Positions 24,469 to 33,607 of a stretch of 64,000 nucleotides of DNA are shown here, piece after piece (position 1 is the first letter of the stretch; the number at the start of each line of letters is the position of its first letter). The notes below the pieces were generated by a model, which had not been told where the DNA came from, did no database searches, and worked only from the letters and a program-made list of their open reading frames with translations. The stretch is taken from NCBI GenBank assembly GCA_951406725.2, contig OX597823.1, forward strand, positions 94,736,001 through 94,800,000, written 5' to 3'. The stretch comes from Octopus vulgaris. Its lineage: Eukaryota. Made by a program: the position numbers and the translations under genes.

Positions 24469-24819
24469 CAGACTACTCTTTAATAAGAATAGTGTTGATA
24501 GTGGCTTCAAACTATTATAACTTGGCATAAAAACAAACAATACACGCATATATATATATATATACGTATGTGTGTATATATATACGTATGTGTGTATATG
24601 TGTGTGTATACCTATATTTTTACTTCCTTTTCTTCTTTTATTTTTCTTGTTGCTAGGCAGCGAACTGTGACAAGAGGGGTGAACAAAGTCGTGAAAGAAG
24701 ATTTTCGTGCTACCATGGAACGACAGATCTCACGCAGCAATGAAGTCACCGAGAAAGTGATTTACCAATTTCTCACCGAAGAGAAGTCTTTGATATTATC
24801 CACCCTGTTAAAGGGATGA
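1170..24819 (+). CDS. INTS10: Integrator complex subunit 10, 5'-partial, 13 coding exons: 1170-1251, 3271-3426, 5921-6089, 10086-10243, 11883-11952, 12940-13097, 14631-14713, 16385-16450, 17188-17241, 19032-19229, 22071-22233, 22351-22447, 24657-24819
   Basis: All introns are GT..AG with consistent phases; exons total 1617 nt (538 aa + TGA). The spliced peptide follows vertebrate INTS10 as I recall it, in order: SPVNCYRKLL-VCDVLPL, QVSDPW, PLVLLE, WSWMAHFQTDMFIHQ, LQLASCFHCLG, DDTALGHMIVLLQYDWP, FFNYVINIDILEEF, TVTRGVNKVVKEDFRATMERQISR. Confidence 0.95.
1834..2073 (-). mobile_element. Penelope-like fold-back relic (family of 31552-31963 and 35722-35925) with a degenerate hammerhead at about 1881-1926
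   Basis: Inverted arms (about 1834-1874 vs 1941-1980); the minus strand reads GACAC CTGATGA AGCCTG..CAGCC GAAATGTT GTGCT. Confidence 0.6.
2773..3124 (-). mobile_element. Non-autonomous Helitron-like element
   Basis: The minus strand starts A|TCTCTCTATATATAAA, followed by a (TG)n tract, and ends GCCGGGTCATAGTGCTAG|T: TC...CTAG termini inserted between A and T. Confidence 0.62.
3271..3426 (+). CDS. INTS10: INTS10 exon (VCDVLPLVLQK...QKAIQFYISYVTQ...PSSS)
   Basis: TTTCAG acceptor, G|GTGAGA donor, phase 1-1. Confidence 0.92.
4455..4838 (-). mobile_element. tRNA-derived CORE-type SINE (family B, octopus OR-like)
   Basis: Reverse complement of the family seen at 23907-24265 and 29395-29775. Confidence 0.75.
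5256..5659. mobile_element. Fold-back element, about 125-bp inverted arms (5256-5380 / 5535-5659); the spacer holds a hammerhead-like motif
   Basis: Arms are near-perfect reverse complements; the same arms recur at 33254-33607. Confidence 0.8.
5425..5469 (-). ncRNA. Hammerhead-like motif, stem II decayed
   Basis: UCUGUG CUGAUGA AGAGAAAUAACCGA GAAA UCGUGA UA CACAGA: 6-bp stem I and both core boxes are present, but stem II does not pair. Confidence 0.5.
5921..6089 (+). CDS. INTS10: INTS10 exon (DILSPTKQ...GLQEKESQVSDPWGSLFKL...SKPR)
   Basis: TTTTAG acceptor, AG|GTTAGT donor, phase 1-2. Confidence 0.92.
6340..7100 (-). mobile_element. Tc1/mariner DD37D (maT-type) deletion derivative, degenerate
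   Basis: The minus strand encodes PNSPDCNPLDYYVWG and CNTKDELKARI; the right end is CCCTG|TA; homologous to 49099-49858. Confidence 0.85.
7133..7309. mobile_element. Short fold-back element with a hammerhead-like core on the minus strand (7177-7209)
   Basis: About 60-bp inverted arms; minus strand UUGAAGA GUUUG GUUAAA CAAAC GAAA GCGC UA; stem I is not evident. Confidence 0.6.
7656..9979. repeat. 17-bp tandem repeat (TAATTATTCTTT + GGCCG/GGTCG/GGTCA/GGCCA/GGTTG/GGACG...), about 136 copies, intronic
   Basis: Directly visible; 2324 nt divided by 17. Confidence 0.98.
10086..10243 (+). CDS. INTS10: INTS10 exon (DYQWQQILIL...QILYMTAVVFLNCLYSYISCVDAEIFVS)
   Basis: TTTCAG acceptor, G|GTAAAA donor, phase 2-1. 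Confidence 0.88.
10347..11545 (+). mobile_element. Cluster of family A SINE copies (about 10347-10562, 10592-10820, 10845-11000, 11331-11545) plus an RTE 3' end (11015-11321)
   Basis: Repeated AGGCGGYGAGCTGGCAGAA head, GAGTTCAAATTCC B-box-like motif and GCCTTTCATCC..GGGGTCGATAAA..AAGTACCAG domain. Confidence 0.8.
11883..11952 (+). CDS. INTS10: INTS10 exon (GSAIGLPAPLVLLEGIKTERSNSE)
   Basis: TTGCAG acceptor, GA|GTAAGT donor, PLVLLE motif; too short for the ORF track. Confidence 0.88.
12940..13097 (+). CDS. INTS10: INTS10 exon (TKVKKLRPE...FIIAHKCYELLHSSDILQR)
   Basis: AAG acceptor after a pyrimidine tract (phase 2 fits), G|GTAAGA donor. Confidence 0.85.
14343..14472 (+). ncRNA. Type I hammerhead ribozyme motif with intact core, intronic, sense to INTS10
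   Basis: Stem I UCCA/UGGA (extendable by AAUUUUU/AAAAAUU); CUGAAGA at 14347-14353; 11-bp stem II GAAUGGUAAUA/UAUUAUCAUUC around an 81-nt AU-rich loop; GAAA at 14457-14460; palindromic stem III ACGAUCGU; GUA cleavage triplet ending at 14468. Confidence 0.75.
14631..14713 (+). CDS. INTS10: INTS10 exon (GFIKLCQNWQSETWSWMAHFQTDMFIHQ)
   Basis: ATATAG acceptor, CAG|GTAAAC donor. Confidence 0.92.
15725..16126 (+). mobile_element. 5'-truncated 3' end of the RTE family, (GAT)n tail
   Basis: Matches the 3' UTR of the RTE at 38738-41331. Confidence 0.85.
16385..16450 (+). CDS. INTS10: INTS10 exon (GLFQDAVSNLQNFQINLSEKMQ)
   Basis: ATCAG acceptor, CAA|GTAAGT donor, 66 nt, phase 0-0. Confidence 0.82.
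17188..17241 (+). CDS. INTS10: INTS10 exon (LRKSLQLASCFHCLGTYS)
   Basis: TTTCAG acceptor, TCT|GTAAGT donor, 54 nt, phase 0-0. Confidence 0.88.
17395..17620 (-). mobile_element. RTE 3'-end copy
   Basis: (CAT)n CGTTTAACGTCCG..CCATGCTAGCATGGGTTGGACGG. Confidence 0.85.
17640..17910. repeat. (TTA)n microsatellite; a similar tract lies at about 17270-17392
   Basis: Directly visible. Confidence 0.95.
18050..18263 (+). mobile_element. RTE 3'-end copy
   Basis: GGAAGGGCATCCAGCTGTAGAAAC..CCATGCCAGCATGGAAA..(GAT)n. Confidence 0.85.
19032..19229 (+). CDS. INTS10: INTS10 exon (KACELLLDIIGSL...LCTETEILSYCIQLLLSCFK)
   Basis: CATCAG acceptor, AAG|GTAAAA donor, 198 nt. Confidence 0.9.
19765..20069 (+). mobile_element. 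RTE 3'-end copy
   Basis: Same family motifs and (GAT)n tail. Confidence 0.85.
21248..21788. mobile_element. TTAA-specific (piggyBac-type) MITE interrupted by an RTE fragment
   Basis: TTAA|CCCTTTCGTTAC ... GTAATGAAAGGG|CTAA; an uninterrupted sister copy is at 47198-47414. Confidence 0.8.
21309..21641 (-). mobile_element. RTE-clade LINE 3' fragment with an 11-bp TSD
   Basis: The minus strand encodes LRWLGHALRR..GGQRKTWLMTVKADL; AAATTAACTTA flanks it at 21298-21308 and 21642-21652. Confidence 0.82.
22071..22233 (+). CDS. INTS10: INTS10 exon (EKAFQTPMDDTALGHMIVLLQYDWP...FFNYVI)
   Basis: TTTTAG acceptor; donor is U12-type A|GTATCCTT. Confidence 0.93.
22234..22350 (+). other. U12-type (minor spliceosome) GT-AG intron, 117 nt
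   Basis: 5' site GTATCCTT; branch-site-like TTCTTTAAC at 22329-22337, 13 nt before the intron end; no pyrimidine tract; removal restores NYVI-N-IDILEEF. Confidence 0.88.
22351..22447 (+). CDS. INTS10: INTS10 exon (NIDILEEFAFIKTAEGGKVSLDILPISTKAIAQ)
   Basis: CTGTAG acceptor, CA|GTAAGT donor. Confidence 0.93.
22668..22901 (-). mobile_element. Family A SINE with TSD CTTACTGTTCC
   Basis: TSD at 22657-22667 and 22902-22912. Confidence 0.9.
22940..23404 (+). mobile_element. RTE 3'-end copy with tandem ~62-bp subrepeats
   Basis: Repeated TGTGCCGGTGGCACGTAAAAAGCACC units and (GAT)n tail. Confidence 0.88.
23907..24265 (+). mobile_element. Family B tRNA-derived CORE-type SINE
   Basis: TGGCTGTGTGG A-box-like and GGTTCAGTCCC B-box-like motifs, then the CORE-like GGCACCTTGGGYAAGTGT. 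Confidence 0.82.
24657..24819 (+). CDS. INTS10: INTS10 last coding exon (QRTVTRGVNKVVKEDFRATMERQISRSNE...STLLKG*)
   Basis: TGCTAG acceptor, TGA stop at 24817-24819; AATAAA at about 24847 and 25145 are candidate poly(A) signals. Confidence 0.93.
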
Positions 24820-24951
24820 ACAAAAGAAAATAAGATGAAAAACAAAAATAAAATATAATATACAAAATAATCACATTAATAATAACATCCCCTTCTTTCT
24901 CCAAATCACTGAGACTCATTCATATTTTACTCATTGCTATCATTGGATCTC

Positions 24952-24999
<48 letters not shown>

Positions 25000-25386
25000 A
25001 TCTATCTGTCATTTTTTTTCACTCTTATAGCAATGGTTTGGAGACATTTCATCATTTGTAAATAATGTTGTGATAACGATGATGATGATGATAATGATGC
25101 TGATGTGGTGATGATGATGATGGTGATGAAGTTTGTTTCTTTGGAATAAACCCCTTTCCATTTTTACAGAACATTATGTCCCCGCCCACCTTTTGTTTTC
25201 ACCATTATTTCTTAGTAACAAATTAAAATCCCAAGAATATGCTCATATCTAAATTTGGAGAAGACCATTTTATTTTACATATATATATATAAGATCAGCA
25301 AAATTTAGATTCAGATGAATATGGTACTTAAGTCAAAGGCACCAGAATTTTGTATGGTATTATCCATATAAATCAAATGGGGTGAT

Positions 25387-25542
25387 TATAATCAAAATAA
25401 GCAACAAGGATATCCGAGGTAGTGTAGTACAATCGTTTCATGCTACTTCATTTTATTAAATTTTTAAGTATTTAATAAACAGTAGCATGAAAACAGTTGT
25501 ACTACTCTACCTCGGATATACTTGTTGCCTATTTTGATTATA
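25387..25542. repeat. Fold-back relic, about 60-bp inverted arms
   Basis: TATAATCAAAATAAGCAACAAG..CATGCTACT versus its reverse complement; carries only the GAAAC..GUA half of a hammerhead. Confidence 0.8.
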
Positions 25543-25641
25543 TATATATATAAAAGAACACAAGTTCAGTTTTGAACCCCACTTGTGTTCTTGTTTTATA
25601 CACATGCTACATTTGGAACTATCCCTCAGTTGGATTGTACC

Positions 25642-25672
<31 letters not shown>

Positions 25673-26220
25673 TCATTTGTCTGTGTGTACTCATCTATAA
25701 AGAAATGCGGAGAGGTATATATGCATCCTTACAGCACACAATCATCAAACGACAACTTTAAATTGCTCTAGAGTATTGGAAATTCAGTACCTGGCCTTTC
25801 CTAGCATCCTGCACATTGAAAAACGCAGATTGTAACAAATCCAGCAACTGCACACACACATACATATATATGATATTATATAAACATACTTGCATGTATG
25901 TAAAATAATGAAGCGAGGAAAAGAGAAATTCTTAGAATTTTTACTTGGTCTTTTGAACATAGGAAGGAATACAAATTTCTTTTCTTCTTGTTTTCTGGTT
26001 TTATTTTTGCCTAAATATTTCCTCAATTTTTTGCAAAATCAAGATTTGTCAAAATAAACCCCAAATAAAATGTCCTCAATACACACCTAAGAATCCTTAA
26101 AGCCTGACTTCATCATTTCATGTAAATGTATGGGATGTGTGTATTATATATACATGTGTGTGTGAGTATGCATTATATATGTAAATATACTTGTATGCAT
26201 ATATGTGTTTGTGTGTGTGA

Positions 26221-26451
26221 AGGCGGCGAGATGGCGGAAACATTAGCACGCCGGGCGAAATGCTTAGCAGTATTTCGTCTGCCGTTACGTTGTGAGTTCA
26301 AATTCCGCCAAGGTCGACTTTGCCTTTCATCCTTTCGGGGTCGATAAATTAAGTACCAGTTATGCACTGGGGTCGATGTAATTGACTTAATCCCTTTGTC
26401 TGTCCTTGTTTGTCCACTCTATGTTTAGACCCTTGTGGGTAGTAAAGAAAT
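26221..26451 (+). mobile_element. Family A SINE
   Basis: Near-consensus copy; others at 27411-27630(+), 31025-31226(-), 36543-36772(+), 46745-46951(-), 50609-50810(-), 59702-60290(+, several) and 62625-62846(+). Confidence 0.9.
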
Positions 26452-26947
26452 ATATATATGTGTTTGTGTGTGTGTGTGCGTGTATATACATATATATATA
26501 TGTATATATATCTAAAACAAAACAAAAAATGGAACAAAAACGTAACAGACTTTTAGACAATACAAAGAAAGACAATAGAGAACAAGGACGGGTCATTTGG
26601 AGCTTTCTATCTTCAGTTGAGTTACAGATCATCATTGCAGTTTCAGCCAGTTAGACTGCTCCAATCTGGCCGGCCCCAAGAAAATCTAAGCTAAGAGCAC
26701 TAGATTTTTTTGTCAGTGGCCAGCATATAAAAAAAGACTGATTAGTGTGAAATTATATATATATAATTATAATTAAGGGCGTTTTCAGCATACAGGCTAT
26801 AAAATTCATTTCTATGCCCTTAATTATATATATATATATATACACACACATTCACACACACACACATATATATACTACTGGAATTGTTGAGCATATAAAG
26901 AGATTGGCAGCATGTTTCTTTGGAATTGGTCAAAAACTGATGTAGAC

Positions 26948-26990
26948 ACCTCTGGTGAGTATCCAATGAGATTCAAAACTCGATTCAGGT
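26948..26990 (+). ncRNA. Degenerate hammerhead motif
   Basis: ACCU CUGGUGA GUAUC CAAUGA GAUUC AAAA CUCGAU UC AGGU: stem I is intact, but A6 and G12 are substituted. Confidence 0.45.
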
Positions 26991-27146
26991 TGTTAATCCT
27001 TTTATCCAGTGTATGGAGAAACGGCTTAATTAGTCCTGTTTAGAAATCTACTATATTGGTTGTGTGTGTGTGTATAGTTTATTGTTCCGTTAAGGTGAGA
27101 TCAACAAAAAAAATACTCCATCCAACGAGAGGTAAATATCGTTTAC

Positions 27147-27378
27147 TGTACAGAATATTTAAACTAAGAGCTGCCAATGGTTTCTAGCCAAAGAGACACT
27201 GAGGTTAGGCAGATTTATATAATGTGTTCATGTGTCTTCAAGCAGTCTTTGGAACTAACCATTTGTCCAGAGCCTGAAGATTGCTTGGAGACTCAATACA
27301 TCATATATAAATCTGCCTAATCTCACTGTCTCTATGACTAGAATCTGTCGGTAGCTCTTAGTTTAAATGCTGAGTACA
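27147..27378. repeat. Imperfect inverted repeat, about 100-bp arms
   Basis: TTTAAACTAAGAGCT..TTAGGCAGATTTATAT versus ATATAAATCTGCCTAA..AGCTCTTAGTTTAAA. Confidence 0.8.
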
Positions 27379-28127
27379 TTTTATACATATATATGTGTAT
27401 GTGTGTATGAAGGCGGCGAGCTGGCAGAAACATTTGCACGCCAGGTGAAATGCACAGCCGTATTTCGTCTGCCGTTACGTTCTGAGTTCAAATTATGCCG
27501 AGGTCGACTTTGCCTTTCATCCTTTCGGGGGTCGATAAATTAAGTACCAGTTACGCACTGGGATCGATGTAATCGACTTAATCCGTTTGTCCCCTCTGTG
27601 TTTAGCCCCTTGTGGGTAGTAAAGAAATATATATGTATGCGTGTGTGTGTGTGTGTATGTGCACACATGTATGCATGAGAATATAAAACTAATAAAGTCG
27701 CAATGTGATCACCGGCAAACAGAACTCTGAGACTTTTGTGAAGTTGAGTTTAGTTTCTGTTGCTACCAAATGAAACAACAACAACAACATAACATTCAAT
27801 AAAGGACATTTCTCATCACCTTGTCTCTGTCATTACACTTGTTACTTCCTTCTCTCTCTCTCTCTCTTTTCTTTGATAAAGCATCAGAATAAATACTCTG
27901 CAGCATGTTCTGAGTTCAAATCCTGCCTTTGTGCCTCCAGTTTTGATAAAATAAGAACCACGAAGATAACGAAGAAAGTAATTGATTAGCAAGCAGAATT
28001 GGTAAAATGTCAGATAGAGGCTGTGCCGAAAGGTGTGTGTGTGTGTGTATATATATAAATTTATGTGTATATATATATATGAAAAAACAAGTCAAGATAG
28101 AAAATGCTAAAATAATTTTATAAGGAA

Positions 28128-28175
28128 CATTTCAGTACCGGTTTCGGTCATTTTGAGACCTTTTCAACTGTAATG
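28128..28175 (-). ncRNA. Minimal type I hammerhead motif with U3-A8 core variant
   Basis: CAUUACAG UUGAAAA GGUC UCAAAAU GACC GAAA CCGG UA CUGAAAUG: stem I 7/8 bp, stem II 4 bp, palindromic stem III ACCGGU, GUA triplet. Confidence 0.72.
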
Positions 28176-28289
28176 ATTAAATAATTAAATTTAGAAAAAT
28201 TAAAAGAAAAGTTTTTTTAAAGGAATATTTGTATAGTGTTCAAATATAAGTGGCATTTTCCTTGTTTCTGCCTTTCTCTGTCTCTCTTG

Positions 28290-28343
<54 letters not shown>

Positions 28344-28569
28344 CATACATACATATAAATTTATGTATATATATATATATATACAAATGAATTTATACAT
28401 ACATACATTATATGTATATATACACATAATGTATGTATATATATATATATATATATTTCATCATATGTAAACAAACGTAAGTTTGTTTTTGAAGCGTTGA
28501 AATGTATTGATTGATTGATTCTAGTTTCAGCTCACGAGCTGTGGCCATGCTGGGGCACCGCATTGTACA

Positions 28570-28746
28570 ACAAGTAGAAAAATAATTTTTTTTTCAACAT
28601 GTAAATACTTAATATGTATAAAGGATAAAATCCTTTTAAGAGCAGAAAAATTTGTCAGCAAATTTTTCTGCTCCTAAAAGGATTTTATCTTTTATATATA
28701 CTTTTCAGTATTAACGTGTTGAAAAAAAAATTATCTTTCTGCTTGT
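28570..28746. repeat. Long hairpin, about 87-bp arms with a 4-nt loop
   Basis: ..AAAGGATAAAATCCTTTTAAGAGCAGAAAAATTTG-TCAG-CAAATTTTTCTGCTCCTAAAAGGATTTTATCTTTT.. Confidence 0.88.
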
Positions 28747-28759
28747 TCTATATATATAA

Positions 28760-28996
28760 AAACCACCAACCAATCGTGGCTGTTGCCAGCCTCCCCTAGC
28801 ACCTGTGCCGGTGGCACGTAAAAGGCACCCACTACACTCATGGAATGGTTGGCATTAGGAAGGGCATCCAGCTGTAGAAACACTGCCAGATCAGACTGGA
28901 GCCTGGTGCAGCCTCCTGGTTTCCTAGACCCCGGTTGAACTGTCCAACCCATGCTAGCATGGAAAACGGACGTTAAACGAGGATGATAATGATGAT
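28760..28996 (+). mobile_element. RTE 3'-end copy
   Basis: Family motifs and GAT tail. Confidence 0.85.
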
Positions 28997-29017
28997 GTAT
29001 ATGATACACATAAAAAT

Positions 29018-29775
29018 ATGGTGCAGGCATGGCTGTGTGGTAAGGTGTTTGCTTCCCAACTACATGGTTCTGGGTTCAGTCCCACTGCGTGGCACCTTGG
29101 GCAAATGTCTTCTACTATAAGCCTGGGCCAACCAAAGCCTTGTGAAAGGATTTAACAGATGGAAACTGAAAGAAGCCTGTTGTGTATATGTGTGTGGATG
29201 TGTTTTTCTGTGTCTGTCTCTCACCACTACATGACTACCAGTGTTGGTGTGTTTACGTCCCCATAACTTAGCAGTTTGGCAAAAGGGATCAACAGAATAA
29301 GACCTGGGGTTGATTCATCTGATTAAAATTCTTCAAGGTGGTGCCCCAGTATGGCCACAGTCTGGTGACTGAAACTAAAGATAAAAGATAAATATAGGTG
29401 CAGGCGTGGCTGTGTGGTAAGAAGCTTGCTTCTCAACCACATGGTTCCAGGTTCAGTCCCACTGTGTGGCACCTTGGGCAAGTGTCTTCTACTATAGCCT
29501 TGGGCTGACCAAAGCCTTGCGAGTGGATTTGGTAAACGGAAACTGAAAGAAGCCCATCATATATATGTATGTTAGTGTGGCTGTGTTTGCCCCCCCCCCC
29601 CACAATTGCTTGACAACCGATGGTGTGTTTATGTCCCTGTAACTTACTGGTTCGGCAAAAGAGACCGATAGAATAAGTACTAAGATTACAAAGTCCTGGG
29701 GTCAGTTTCTTCGACTAACACCCTTTTAGGAGGTGCTCCAGTATGGCTGCAGTCAAATGACTCAAACAAAAGATA
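29018..29775 (+). mobile_element. Two tandem family B SINEs (about 29018-29390 and 29395-29775)
   Basis: Both begin GGTGCAGGCRTGGCTGTGTGGTAAG; further copies at 34320-34700, 44401-44680, 46405-46722(-) and 49903-50045. Confidence 0.85.
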
Positions 29776-30622
29776 AAAATAAAGAATATTATATATGTGT
29801 GTATGTATGGTTAATTATGTATCTGATACATACATATACAGACACACGCATTTAAATATGTTTTGTTATGAGATTTTCCTTGTGAGATGGTCACAGTGGA
29901 TTCCTTTGTTGTCCGGATGAAGCTTGAAGCCGAAGATTATTCAAGGAAGAATGAATAAATATAATTAAGTGGAGTGGGAAAAAACGTCAAGAGAAATCCC
30001 CCAAACAGTGTGACGGATTCAGTTCGCTGACAGGTTAATTCTCCGTCGTTATGACGTTCACAGATTAACATTTATTACAAATGCTGCAGGGAAGGGGAAG
30101 TGACACAGGTTGCTTTGGAGCAGGGTGGGGAGCATCCGATATATGACACCTTTTGTATTTGAAATTGGATCAACATTTCCTCCACAAAATCAGGATAACT
30201 ATGGTCCATCTGAGAAATGAGCCCCAGAGAGTATAACTGGCCATTCTCCACAGCAATGCCATTGTGGTCATAACGGTGAGGAATGGCTGAACATGCCATT
30301 TGTTCTAGGCTCTACAACTTGGTATTCCCTTTCCCCATCTGCTGTTCAATTCTGCCCACCATTTTTTTCTTTTTCTTTGTTTCCTTGGTGCAGAAGATTT
30401 GGGTTTTTTTTTTTTTTCTTTCAATAATTTGATCTTGTATACTCTTAATGTTTTTTCTTTCTTTTCTTCCTGTAAAAATCTGTTGTTAACAGAACCAATA
30501 TACCAAAGTTATTTGAATAAAAAACAGTAAAAACAAAAAGCAGTAAAAACTTAACATGTTTTGAGGAAAATTTCTTAGAAATTCTACAAGGTTGGAGGGA
30601 CTTTTTATTATTCTGTCACCTA

Positions 30623-30822
30623 TTTCTTTACTACCCACAAGAGGACAAACAGATTAAGTCGATTACATCAACCCCAGTGCGTAACTGGTACTTATTTAAT
30701 CGACCCCAAAAGGATGAAAGGCAAAGTCAACCTCGGCGGAATTTGAACTCAGAACGTAACGGCAGATGAAATACCACTAAGCATTTCACCTGGCGCGTAA
30801 ACATTTCTGCCAGCTTGCTGCC
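30623..30822 (-). mobile_element. Family A SINE with 15-bp TSD TTATTCTGTCACCTA
   Basis: TSD at 30608-30622 and 30823-30837. Confidence 0.9.
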
Positions 30823-31551
30823 TTATTCTGTCACCTAACCAAAAGTACTTCTGGTTCTTTGTTACAATCTTATTTTAACCCTTTTGATGCCACCCTACCC
30901 AATGCTATTCCTTCTTTCTCTCATATATTCTTCCTGTTATAAAGTGATCTAAATTAAAAGTTTTCATCAAAATGTCTTGTTAATTTAGGTTTCAAATGCC
31001 TGCATAATATTCATTTCTACTCCAGGCAAAAAGTCCGAAATTTTTGGGGAGGGGGTCCAGTCGATTATATCGACCCCAGTACTCAACTGGTACTAAATTT
31101 ATCGACCCTGAAGAGATGAAAGGCAAAGTCGACCTTGGCAGAATTTGAACTCAGAATATAAAGACAGACAAACTACTGCTAAACATTTTGCCCAGCATGC
31201 TAACGTTTCTGTCAGCTCACTGCCTTAATGCCCGCATAATATTGACAAAACAGTTTTACTAAATTCTTCATTATTTCAAAATTAATTGAAATAAAGGCAG
31301 TGTATTTCAATAGAAATAGGGTTAGAGCACCCCCAACCATGACCCTCCAGTCATTTGTTTTATCTAATCACAATAAATCCCAGACTAAATCATCCAATAA
31401 TGGTAAGGTGTGGTTTAACCCTTTTGCTACCAACCTACTTGAAATCATCCTTGGTTCTATGATGCAAACTTCCTGTTTAAAGTGATCTAAAAAAAAACTT
31501 CCATCAAAATATCATGAATTTATGTGCCAAACACCAACTTGATAATATTGC

Positions 31552-31963
31552 TTACATTTGACAGATATTTGTCCTCATCTTGTTTGTTGTTAACACAACG
31601 TTTCAGCTGATATACCCTCCAGCCTTCATCAGGTGTCTTGGGGAAATTTTGAACCTGGGTTCTCATTCCTAAAGTATTTTTCGATGTTGTGGTGTCATTA
31701 TATCCAAGCCAGGTGGTATTGGCTTTGAGTCTCTGTGTAGATGTAGAAACTCAAAGCCAATACCACCTGGCTTGAATATAGTTACACCAGAACATCAAAA
31801 AATACCATAGGAATGAGAACCCAGGTTCAAAATTTCCCCAAGACACCTGATGAAGGCTGGAGGGTATATCAGCTGAAACGTATTAACAACAAACAAATTG
31901 AGGACAAATATCTGAGAAATGTAAATAATGTACATAATTCCTCATCTCTTAAATATAGAACTG
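31552..31963. mobile_element. Penelope-like fold-back element, about 180-bp inverted arms, one hammerhead motif per arm
   Basis: Arms about 31552-31731 / 31748-31924; hammerhead motifs at 31592-31637(-) and 31842-31882(+). Confidence 0.8.
31592..31637 (-). ncRNA. Minimal type I hammerhead motif
   Basis: GACAC CUGAUGA A GGCUG GAGGGUAUAU CAGCU GAA ACGU U GUGUU: 5-bp stem I, 5-bp stem II, palindromic ACGU stem III, GUU triplet. Confidence 0.7.
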
Positions 31964-33253
31964 TACCAACTTAATATTGGAGAAACTATTTTCCCTTAAA
32001 TCTTCTTTATTTCAAAATAAATAGAAACAATGGCTGTGTATTTCACCAGAAACATGATAACAAGAAGGTAAAGTCATCTTGCTAGTCTTTGAGTGCCTTT
32101 AGTGTTCTTTTGCAGAGTTCAGTCTTGCAAAGTCTCTGGTCTGAGAATAATTTATTCCCATCTAATCTCAGAAGGGATTTAGAAAGTCATTGGTGTTTAC
32201 CTCCTACCCCTGGCACTGCTGAGTCACCAATGACTGGGTCTTTGGGCACACAGATGTCTGTTAATTTCCTTTCAGTTCTTCCTTTAACTGTACATTGGAT
32301 TTGTAGGGGAAAAATCAGAGCTTTTAACCACTGGAAGAGGTGAGAACTTTTTCAACCTACCAATTCCACAATACATATTAAGCATTTTGTGTTTTGTTTT
32401 TGCTGTCATACCTTTTTGTCTTTGTAAAATTCCATTTGTGTGTGTTGCATTGTTGTATAAAGAAATGATACCTGAAATCAGGTCAGCTTTTGAGAATTGA
32501 TAATATTAAATCTCTAGCATGGCCAAGAATCAGATCACATAAAAACCATTCCTTAAGTTGGGTCAACTGTTATGAGTTTGTTGTTTAAGATCCACAACCT
32601 CAGCCATCCGTTATGTCTTCAGAAAGAGACTTATTTTGTCTTTGTAGAGCTTTTACAAATATTGTTTCAATGCTAATGTGTTGAAGATGTCAGTGGCTGG
32701 TTTTGGCAAGGTGAGATGGGAACATATGAACTGTGTTATATATCATAACAGTCTTTTAGTTGTGATAATTGTGTGTGGCTGTGCTAGGTGGCCTGTGGCT
32801 GTCATGAAATGGGAAATGTGTTTAGACAAAGATAATAGTGATGATTATGGTTGTGGTTGCTTCTCCCTAAGTCCACCTTAATCCAACATATCTAGGATCA
32901 TCTAATGGGATTCTGCACAGTTTCTATCTCCTTGATTCCACTTACAAAGCCCTTCTGGGTTTAGTCCTAATATTGCATATCTTTGAGGTCAAGCCCAGAA
33001 GGGCCTTGTGACAGCTTTTCACCCTTCATTGCAGAATTAAGTCAAGGGTTTTGACAAGTTGTTCATAATGCTCAGTTGGAAAGTCTTCTAAAAGAGTCAG
33101 CACAAACTCTTACCATTAACATCCAGTGTAAATTCCAAAACATCATTACTATCTTTCCATAGAATGCCACTCACCTCTGATTGTCTACTGATGTCAGTGG
33201 AGCACCTAAGCACTCTTAGATGCTATCTGCCATCTTTAGTTTAAATTCCAAAA

Positions 33254-33607
33254 TTGCAGTAAAGATTGTTTGCCAACATAACATGGCAATCCTGGTTTAG
33301 GACGAATGTTGCTGTAATTTAGCCCCAGGAGACATCATCTCCAGCTGGCTGTATAACACGATCAGCCGTACAAGATTATCACAACTAAAAGAATGTTATG
33401 ACCTACGAGTATAACACAGGTCATATGTTCCCATCTCACCTTACCAAAACCAGTCACTGACATCTACAATACATTAGCATTGAAACAGAATAAAGAAGAT
33501 TATGTCGTATAGCCAGCTGGAGATGATGTCTCCTGGGGCTAAATTACAGCAACATTCGTCCTAAACCAGGACTGCCATGTTATGTTGGCAAACAATCTTT
33601 ACTACAA
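33254..33607. mobile_element. Fold-back element with the same arms as 5256-5659 but a different spacer
   Basis: Arms about 33254-33358 / 33502-33607. Confidence 0.82.

Noticed and set aside
30075-30299. 74-aa minus-strand ORF in unique sequence
   Set aside because: No recognisable motif, splice context or partner exons.
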